Position numbers and translations under genes: made by a program. This document shows, piece by piece, positions 54,698 through 64,000 of a DNA stretch of 64,000 bases. The number at the start of each line of letters is the position of its first letter. The first letter of the stretch is position 1. Under the pieces are notes generated by a model. It made no database searches and was not told the origin of the DNA. It saw only the letters and a list, made by a program, of their open reading frames with translations. Source of the DNA: Mobula birostris. Lineage: Eukaryota. The stretch is taken from positions 167,771,415 to 167,835,414 of the forward strand of contig NC_092375.1 in the NCBI RefSeq assembly GCF_030028105.1, written 5' to 3'.

Positions 54698-55909
54698 CAT
54701 TAGGGAATGGCAAGGAAAGAAGCAAGGAAAATAAAAATAATCATTAATAAATTATTGGTTGTGAGTTTTTAATTTTATATCATTCTTTTCCTGTCTCTCA
54801 TAGTTTTTATTTCAGGTTACTCCTTGGCCTCTTGCTGCAGGAGAAAAACTCAGCCCCTCCAATCACTGCCCATGTCATGTATATCATTGGGAAATTTGCC
54901 ATAAAAGGGAGTGGATTAGGTCTTTATTATTTAAGTTGGCGATTTATATTGTAGGGTGGTTTATATTGATATAAATGCTGAGGCCTCTTTGATAACAACC
55001 TGGGTATTTCTGCTTTCCAAGATTATGTTTACTTCTTTTGCCATATTTTGTGAGAAGCATTAAATATAGCCAAAACTTGAGCCTCTCATCTACGTGTGCT
55101 TAATATCCAATTCCTTTATTCACTTTGGTAAATCTAATTTAATATTTTGTTGCACACTCTAGGATTTTATAAAAGATGAATGAGATAAATTGGAACCAAA
55201 ATACATTTACAAGTGGGATGGGTGAACAGAAAGAACGGATGGTTTTTTAGAAGTATGTAAGGATTTTCACTTTCTTAAAGTGCTACAAGTCATTAAAATG
55301 TACTCATTATTATAAAAAAAAAGTCAACTAATTTGGGTAAACTAAATTTCCACAAACAAAAGCTAAATGAATGATAAACAGAGTGAACTGAGACTGATAG
55401 CAAATCAAATCATGGCCAGAGAGTGACTCAAGAGGAAAAATGTCAGTGATTTGTGGCTTTTTTTGCAGTGGCATTTAGCATAACATACTTCACTGGCTGC
55501 ATATTTGGATGTAAAAGTTCTTTTTCTGTAGTATCTTCATTTCTTTCGGAAATTCCCTACATTTAGCCCAAGGGAAACAGCAGAGTATGTAGTGCTGTGT
55601 CAGGACTTAAATGCATGTGGTATTTATTTTCTAAATTGTTAATATTCTTCCATTATCCCTATGTTTTTGATGCCACTGTATCTGGATTCCTAACCAATCT
55701 GAAAGTATACATTTCCATATTAAATGTATGGAAAGATATTGCAATTTAGTATCCCTTGTCTACAAAGTGCATGATAACACTGTCCCCTATCACTGTCCAT
55801 ACCTTGTATATCAGCAAGGAAACTACCTTCTTTAATTCTGCTGCAAAAAAATTGGTTTGCCTATACCACTGGAATTTTAGGTTGTCTCTGATGTGTTTTG
55901 TGTTCTGAG

Positions 55910-56132
55910 CGCAAACAAGAGAAAATCTGTAGATGCTGGAAATCCAAGTAGTGCACACAATGTTGGATGAACTCAGCAGGCTGGGCAGCATCTATGGAAA
56001 AGAGTATAGACGACGTTTTGGGCCGAGACCCTTCAAGTCCTGATGAAGGGTCTTGGCCCGAAATGTCGTCTTTACTCTTTTCCATAGATGTTGCCCAGCC
56101 TGCTGAGTTCCTCCAGCATTTTGCCTGTGTTG
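55910..56132. mobile_element. Fold-back Penelope-derived mini-element with an intact hammerhead core at its centre
   Basis: ~85-bp inverted arms; 13-bp TSD TTTGTGTTCTGAG at 55897-55909 and 56133-56145. Confidence 0.9.
56036..56071 (+). ncRNA. Minimal hammerhead ribozyme motif
   Basis: AGTC-CTGATGA (56040-56046)-AGGGTCTTGGCCC-GAAAT-GTC-GTCT; stem I has one mismatch. Confidence 0.6.
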
Positions 56133-58008
56133 TTTGTGTTCTGAGATCAAGGTTGAGTAATTTCAGAAAGTTCCCAAAGATGCTCCAATCCATTGAAACG
56201 TGCTGCTAATTCCTATATCCTGAAAATTTAAAAAACACTCATTGCTGCCCAATGGCGTGCTTTTATTCTTTATATAATTTTTGTCATACCTGGATTCTGA
56301 ATTTATTTTCTTTAAACTTCTTTGGTCTTCCTTTATTCCTATTGTCTGCTGAAAAAAATTCCAATTTTAGAAGTGCAGTTCCCTTTTTTAAAAAAAGTAC
56401 AGTCAGCAATTGAATGGGTAACCAGGAAACCTTGCTTTACGTATGACTTACTTGAATCTGTAATTTTTTTTATTGGAAGTGGTTAACAGACTATTATGTT
56501 CCTAAAAAGTAATTGTAGATGAAGAAAGAAGGCAGTTAAGAGAGAACTATGTGTGCTAATGGTAGGGTGCCAACCTGAATCCAAAACTAATACCTAGTTT
56601 TCTCATAAGAAATAGGAATCTGTTGATCCTTGTTTCTTTACCTATTTACTGGTTATATTTTCAGAGTCTGCTTGTCAGAGGTTTCTGAGGATTCAAATTT
56701 TTTTTTTTAATTCTAAAAAATAAAAGATGGCACGAGCTGTAGTCTCCATTGAGGTTGCAGCTCAGACTGTTTTTTTAGAAATTATTTAGGTTCATGGGTT
56801 TGGTTTGGGGAACGCGGGAGTTAGGGATCAAGTTAGGGTTTCTGGATATGGGGGAATTAAATGACAGGTTTCAAAGGTCAATGACATGGATGTGGTGGGA
56901 TATCAGTCCCACAGACCAGTGAGCACAATGGCTGGAATTGCGATGAACTCCAGGATTGGAGTTTCATGTGGCAGGAAGTATGAGGGCCGGTGACCTCCCA
57001 GGTATGTGAATCTCAAGTCCGAGGTTCAAGACCTAGTATTTGTGTCCTGTGATCGGCAAGACCGAGCTTGAGACCTAGATTTCGGGTCTTCATCTAGGGT
57101 CTTCATTCGTCGTCATCAGAAAGTCCTGGGTCGATACCGAAAGTAGAAGCTTGAAGGTTGATCAAAGGTCCAGTCGTCAAGGTCTGATGGCTAGAGTTCT
57201 GAGTCTGTGAATCTCTGCAAGTTCACTGGGGAAGTCGAAGGCTCAATATCTGCAATCTACCAGTTTGCTGAAGGCTGAAGAAGGTGGCCTGTCCTGGGGT
57301 TAAAGGATTCTGTATGTGCATGGGCTGGTGGGAGGGAGGAAAGGAACTGGTTTTGCTGTTGCTTTGTCGCTTGGTATGTTCTGTTTAGTTGTGTTCTATG
57401 CTGTTCTGCCAAGCATTATGAGCATGCTGTGCTGGCGTCGGAATATGTAGGGACACTTGGTGACTGCACCAGAACATCGTCTATTTCAATGTACATGTGA
57501 TAAATCAGAATATGAAATGGAGTTAGTTTCCTTAACCTGTCTGTACAGTATAGTCACCTCACCCCAGAAAACAGTCTTGCAAATCCTTATTGCACTCCCT
57601 TTAAGGCAAATGCCTCTTTTATGGCAAAAATTGTAAAAATGTACATGGTGCTCCAGATGTAGTCTCACCAAGATACTTTGTGATTGCAGAATAATGACTT
57701 TATTCTAAGTTTGAAATAAAGTCAAAACATTTTTGATTTAATAATTACAGTTTATTTTGTAATTTATGTACAATGAATCTATTAGATTAGATAAACATTA
57801 GAATGTGTATGTTTTTCATCTGATTTAAAAAAAAATTTTAATAAGTTGGGTAACTTTGGATTCATTTGCATTATGTTCCATTTACCACGTTTATATTCCG
57901 TGTCAATCTTTTTGTGTCTTCCTCATTGCCTAAGTGAGATTGTTGTAGTGAAGAGCTAGAATGAGAGTGATGGCCTCGAATATTTAAAATGAAACAGAGA
58001 TTCTAGAT

Positions 58009-58087
58009 CAGGGGTTCCCAACCTGGGGTCCAGGGACCCCTTGCTTAGTGGTGTTATCCATGGCATAAAAAAGGTTGGGAATCCCTG
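58009..58087. mobile_element. 79-bp hAT/Charlie-type MITE
   Basis: TIRs CAGGGGTTCCCAACC / GGTTGGGAATCCCTG; TSD TTCTAGAT/TTCTAGAG. Confidence 0.85.
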
Positions 58088-59023
58088 TTCTAGAGTAAGT
58101 TTAAAAATGACAAACAAATAATTGAAACAAAGAAAATGCATAATTGATAATTATATTAATATTATTGCATAATTTCTTTGACAATGTTGTAAAGAATTTT
58201 TAAATTTCAAATTTTTATCTTAATGTAGATTTTCAAAGTTGATGATGTTGATGTCCAAATCATAACGTCTACTGCATGTCTTTGGGGAAAGGGGTTGGCA
58301 GTTTTCTGTTGATAAGTGGTATCTGATTTAAGCAGCTTGCCAGCTTGTGAAGGAGGGAGGAAAATTATTGTCTCAGTTAATTCAAGGGATGAATAATTCT
58401 AATGATAATTTCTTATTTATTCTTGGAACATGTTCATTGGCAAGGCAAGCTAGTAAAGAGTATTCATAAAAGCAGCATGGCTGTCAAAGGTCATCATACC
58501 TTCTTACTTCTGAAATTCTGCAAACCATTGTTTAGCCATGGTTGAAATTAAGTCTTGAATCAAATATTACTGGCAAAGCCCAAATTGAGCTTGACTGTCA
58601 TGTTATTTTCCAGTACTTTGAAAGTAGAGTGGTAATTCTAATACCAACTAGAACACTGTAGATGCTGAAAATCTAAAATAAGAAGAGCAAATACTGAAAA
58701 TATTAAGCAGGTAATCCAGATGAATGGCTGGGCAAGTAGTGTTAACATTTCACATTATTGATGTTTGATTCTGATTGCAGCAGCAAAATTGATCCAAAAT
58801 TGTTATACTTGCGTGACTTGCCCAGAGCTCCAGTGATTGCTCTAAAGAGTCAAATTCCCTAATCCGATCCTTTATTAACAATTAGCAAACATACAATTAA
58901 GCATTATCTCAGCAGTCATCAAAGATATGGTCTCCGTGGTCCCAAGCTACAAACTGCCATGAAATAAGCAGGAATATGTAATTTATTCTCTTCACTTTTA
59001 CCACACTCCTACTAATGTGATGA

Positions 59024-60070
59024 CTTCTTCATGTGCCTTGCGTGTTACAGACTTGGGCAATCATGGCTTCCCACATCGAACGATCCCACACAGCGTCAAT
59101 AATATCTCGCACACTTAGATCTGTTAGTTCTTCCACAGTGTCCATATATTTTCTTCTTTGCCTTCCTCTTCTGTGTTTCCCAGGCATATGGCCTTGTAAT
59201 GCAAGGCATTCTATTTCTCCCTTTCTGATGACATGGCCCAGGAATTTAAATTTCCTCTCATTTAATGTTCTCATTAAAGATCTTTTTGTATGGGCACGTT
59301 GAAGTACTGTCTCATTAGTTACCCTATCTCTATATGATATTTTCTGCATTCTTCTAAGAAACCACTTTTCTGTTGCTTCTAAGTTTCTTTGGAGTTCTGG
59401 TATTATAGTCCATGTTTCGGAAGCATACGGCAAGATTGACCAGATGTAACATTTTTGTAGCCTAAGCCTTGTTGTCATAGAAATGTGTCTATTGGTAAAA
59501 ATGAGTTTCATTTTTTGGAAGTTGGTTTTGGCAATGGCAGTTCCTCTTTTTATTTCTACTTCTAGCATCTTGAGATATAAAGCTACGAAGGTAATTAAAG
59601 CTGGTCTTTTGTTCAATCACTTGGTTACTGATGTACAATTGGCAGTTGTGAGTATCCTGTTGTTTTGATATCACCATACATTTGGTTTTTTTAAAGTTGA
59701 TGGTTAGACCAAAATCTGCACTTGTTTGTACTACCTTGTCTAGGAGGATTTGTAGATCTTCTGTACCACTTGCTATTATGGTGGTATCATCTGCATATCT
59801 TATTGTTGATGTTAACACCTCCAATTTTTATCCCATCTAGGTCTTCTATTTCTCTGAGAATCATTTCACTATAGATATTAAATAATTCCGGTGAGGCATT
59901 GCATCCCTGTCTAACTCCTCTTTGAATTTTAGTCCAACTGCTTATATTATCATCAATTTTTACCACCACCATTTGATTCCAATATAAATTTTGAAGCAGT
60001 TTTAGTCCCTTCCGTCAATGTTTAGTTTAGCGAGAATTTGAAGTAATTTTTCATGTTGCACTTTGTCGAA
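59024..60070 (-). mobile_element. RTE-clade LINE 3' portion
   Basis: GVRQGC.SP.LFNIYSE, RYADDT, YASETWT and FLGHVIR motifs; frameshifted; GAA tail. Confidence 0.9.
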
Positions 60071-60876
60071 TATGACTCATTACCATAATAAACGCACAGC
60101 ACATAATACATGGCTCGTAGTACACTGGTTGAAGCCATCAACCTGAAGTGCTAATTCTGTTTCTCTGCATAGATGCTGCCTGATCCACAAAATGCATAGT
60201 ACATCTTTCAGATATTTGGGGAATTGATTAGGTTGTGTTTATTATTTTCTTTTAAGAACAGAATATTCTATGGTTTCTCATAATGGCATACATATGCTAC
60301 TTGCAGATTTTGCATATTGGATCTCCAGTGTTAAACCCATGATTTTACTGGGGCCCTCTTTTAATTTCACTTGTAATGAATTGAATTGGCTGAAGCTTGG
60401 CAGCTTTGGGAATTTCAGGAGGAGGCTGAGAAGGAGTCCTGCATGGAAATCCCTAAGTACTTCTGCTTTTGTAAATTGTTAGTTGACAGGATGGGAGTTG
60501 GCAAGCTACAGAAAGCTTCCTCGGCCTTGTTTCAACTTGAAGCTATGTAACCTCATATTGAGAATCCTCAGGGTCATTTTGCCTGACTTTAGACCACTAT
60601 AGGCTCCCTCGCCTCTACCCTGGTGTTAGATTAAAATATACCCAGGGCCTGTCATTGAGTATCTGGGACACATCACTGGTTGAATTGTAAACGTAACTTT
60701 GCTGGATCAAATAACGACAGCACAAAAAGATCGTTACTTTTCACCCGTTTATTTCTTCGAACTCAGCCGGCGAGTGAACTTGGACCTGACATCAGGGAGA
60801 GACCCTTTCTCATCTCCCTGGCAGTTCTGCAAGTTCACTGCCTGATGTCAGAATTGTCAGAAGTTATAAGGCCACC

Positions 60877-61002
60877 GATACAAAAGACCAATCAGTTTGA
60901 TAACCATTCCGGTTAAGTCAATGGGTTATTGATACAGAGAACAAATCAGTTTGATAACTAGTTCGGCCAAGTCAATGGACTATTGATACAAAAGTACAAT
61001 CG
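60877..61002. repeat. Imperfect ~55-bp tandem repeat (~2.3 units), possibly within an LTR
   Basis: AATCAGTTTGATAAC...AAGTCAATGG..TATTGATACA occurs twice. Confidence 0.6.
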
Positions 61003-61664
61003 ATTTGTTAGACACTCCAGCCACCTTAATTAAGGAAAAGAATGTCCTACCTGGTTTGCTGGAGCCACAACTTAATTACAAAGATAAGAACATCTGTCAA
61101 ATTTGTGCTTTAATTAAGAAGGGAATGTTCTGTCCAATTTCCATCAGGCACTTCCTTTTGTCAAAATCAAAAGGTGTGAAAAGCCCAGAGACATTTATGT
61201 GGATCTGGGCAAACTTCAATCATCTTGCTCCAAAGAAGGCAGCTGTGAGACATTATTCAAACACACTGTAGTCACAGACACAGTCAGTACTTAATTCATT
61301 GTTTACAGAGATCTGAGAATCCCCCATTCCCTTAAACTTTATCAGAATCAAATTCTGGGAGATCATTGTGTTATATCATTAGTAGTTGAGATAGCCGTCC
61401 ATGGATATCAGAAATGTGAACTTTGAGCTTAACTGTTTTGCATATTTAACATGGAAGATTTTATTCTTAAAAACAATGAGGAGAGTGCAGGCTGTAGAAT
61501 GATTATGTTTTAATGTGTTCAATAATGTTATATACTTATCCAAAATGATTGTCAAAGAGACCAGGAGAATACCCTTTAAGTTGATGTGAATCTTAGGTGC
61601 TTGGGTTTGTAACTGTAGTGTAACGCTGACAGAGCCATCAAAGTTGCTGCACAACTGTTCGCTT

Positions 61665-62075
61665 ATCTATATACTACTAAAACCCTCATGCTCTGTTTGT
61701 CTGTTTGTGACCTCCAATTAGCGCAAACAGTGCATTACAGCGGCACTTTTTTTGGCTAAATCGAATTAAAATGCGCTAACTTACAGAATGCAGGCGAAGT
61801 TCAGGGTTATATATTCGTATAAAATTGCTTATTTGCCAAAAATCAACAGACTGGCTTTCACTCGAGACCCAATTGGCCATCATGGAAATCGGGACACGAC
61901 AGCCTGACGCATGCGCACGACCAGCCTCAGCAGCAACACCTACCGGAGCAAAGGGGCAGGGCAGCTCTATTTCAAGGGGTCACATTCTGCTAATCACTAT
62001 CAGCATGTGCAGGATTGGGACAGATCTAACTGCCACCCATCAATAACAGATAATTAAATAATCAATAAGAGATAC
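61665..62075 (+). mobile_element. Possible non-autonomous Helitron-like 5' segment
   Basis: A|TCTATATACTACTAAAA start followed by (TGTT/TGTC) repeats; 3' CTAG end not seen. Confidence 0.3.
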
Positions 62076-62079
62076 TCGG

Positions 62080-62598
62080 TCGGCAGGAGGAGAAGATGGC
62101 GGCGCAACGCAGCTGGCAGCGGCCACTCTAGTGGTGATGTCTGTTATTTGTCAAGTAGGGTGCCGTGCACAATCCTGATTTGATGGAGACGGACATGAGA
62201 GCACGGAGGAACATCTGGTGAAACTTCTGAAACGCCTGCTTCACTGCTGCTGCTACTGTGTGGTCCAGAATCTCCAGAGGAGAGGGCCCCGAGTTCTCGG
62301 CTTTGCTTGTTGCTCGGCGGCCGGGGCAGGATCGAAGTGCTCGGCGAAGGATGATGGTCGGAGGCTCGAAGTTTCGGACGGACTCAGAGTCTGCTGCAGT
62401 CGGGTGCTTCCAATGGTGCTGCATTGGCAGGTTGGCGGCGCTTGGGGGTTCATGGCGGGGAGAGTTTCTCCCTTCTGCTGCCTGCACGAGATGATGAGTT
62501 TATCGGGACTTTAAGACTTCTTTTTACCGTGCCCATGGTCTGCTCTTTATCAAGTTATGGTATTGCTTTGCACTGTTGTAACTATATTTTATAATTAA
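62080..62598 (+). repeat. GC-rich interspersed repeat homologous to 14221-14590, cut by the Penelope insertion
   Basis: Direct similarity up to TATAATTA, where the Penelope sequence begins. Confidence 0.75.
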
Positions 62599-64000
62599 TG
62601 ATGGGAACTTTTCTTCCGCCGTCTCCGTCTCCGAGCCTACTTCTTCGGCAAGGACTCTTCCACCCCCACCGATGACCCCTTCTCCCGTCTTCAACCCTCC
62701 TCTTCTTCATGGACACCCTGCTCTGGTCTTCTGCCTTCTCTGGATCTCTTTATCGCTAACTGCCGACGGGACATCAACTGTCTTGACTTCACCGCACTTT
62801 GTCCCCATTCCAACCTCACTCCTTCGGAACGCTCTGCTCTCCACTCCCTCTGCACTAATCCTAACCTTATTATTAAACCCGCCGATAAGGGGGGTGCTGT
62901 TGTAGTCTGGTGTACTGACCTCTACCTTGCCGAGGCACAGCGACAACTCGCGGATGCCTCCTCTTATTTACCCCTCGATCGTGACCCCATTAAGGAGCAC
63001 CAGGCCATTGTCTCCCACACCATCACCGACTTTATCTGCTCAGGGGATCTCCCATCCACTGCTACCAACCTTATAGTTCCCACACCCCGCACTTCCCGTT
63101 TCTACCTCCTACCCAAGATCCACAAACCTGCCTGTCCTGGCCGACCTATTGTCTCAGCTTGCTCCTGCCCCACCGAACTCATTTCTGCTTACCTCGACAC
63201 TGTTTTATCACCCCTTGTTCAATCCCTTCCGACCTATTTTCGTGACACTTCTCACGCTCTTAAACTTTTCGATGATTTTAAGTTCCCTGACCCCCACCGC
63301 TTTATTTTCACCATGGATGTCCAGTCCTTATATACTTCCATCCCCCATCAGGAAGGTCTCAAAGCTCTACGCTTCTTTTTGGATTCCAGACCTAATCAGT
63401 TCCCCTCTACCACCACTCTGCTCCGTCTAGCGGAATTAGTCCTTACTCTTAATAATTTCTCCTTTGGCTCCTCCCACTTCCTCCAAACTAAAGGTGTAGC
63501 TATGGGCACCCGTATGGGTCCTAGCTATGCCTGCCTTTTTGTTGGGTTTGTGGAACAATCTATGTTCCGTGCCTATTCTGGTATCTGTCCCCCACTTTTC
63601 CTTCGCTACATCGACGACTGCATTGGCGCTACTTTCTGCACACATGCAGAACTCATTGACTTTATTAACTTTGCCTCCAACTTTCACCCTGCCCTCAAGT
63701 TTACCCGGTCCATTTCCGACACCTCCCTCCCCTTTCTAGATCTTTCTGTCTCTGTCTCTGGAGACAGTTTATCCACTGATGTCTACTATAAGCCTACTGA
63801 CTCTCACAGCTATCTGGACTATTCCTCTTCTCACCCTGTCTCTTGCAAAAACGCCATCCCCTTCTCGCAATTCCTCTGTCTCCGCCGCATCTGCTCTCAG
63901 GATGAGGCTTTTCATTCTAGGATGAGGGAGATGTCTTCCTTTTTTAGAGAAAGGGGCTTCCCTTCCTCCACTATCAACTCTGCTCTTAAACGCATCTCCC
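62599..64000 (+). mobile_element. Young Penelope-like retroelement, uninterrupted RT frame running off the window
   Basis: Frame 62602-63999 (466 codons) has no stop: KPADKGG, FYLLPKIHK, GRPIVS, DVQSLYTSIP, GVAMG, LRYIDD; very similar to 8795-9255. Confidence 0.93.

Noticed and set aside
62085-62470. GC-rich stretch with AAGATGGCGGCG as a fourth promoter
   Set aside because: Homologous to the repeat at 14221-14590, so it is an interspersed element.

Overview
Repeat-rich, AT-rich vertebrate genomic DNA, not prokaryotic. The repeat repertoire (CR1, Rex1/Babar, RTE, Penelope-like, Tc1, hAT) suggests a cartilaginous fish, probably a ray (inference). Three CpG islands mark three genes. (1) First coding exon of a JAZF1-like zinc-finger gene on the - strand (16347-16233); its intron 1 runs off the left edge. 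(2) A complete four-coding-exon mitochondrial ATP synthase subunit c gene on the + strand (24211-37363, 144 aa), most likely ATP5MC3. (3) A non-coding first exon at ~45.4-45.5 kb (+), probably ATF2. This arrangement points to the 5' flank of the HoxD locus carrying a JAZF1 paralogue that has no counterpart there in human. The rest is mostly transposon-derived. It includes two young Penelope-like elements, a family of short fold-back Penelope derivatives carrying minimal hammerhead-ribozyme motifs and 13-16 bp target-site duplications, a head-to-tail CR1 pair and a nested LTR/hAT stack. All comparisons with human sequences are from memory; no searches were run.
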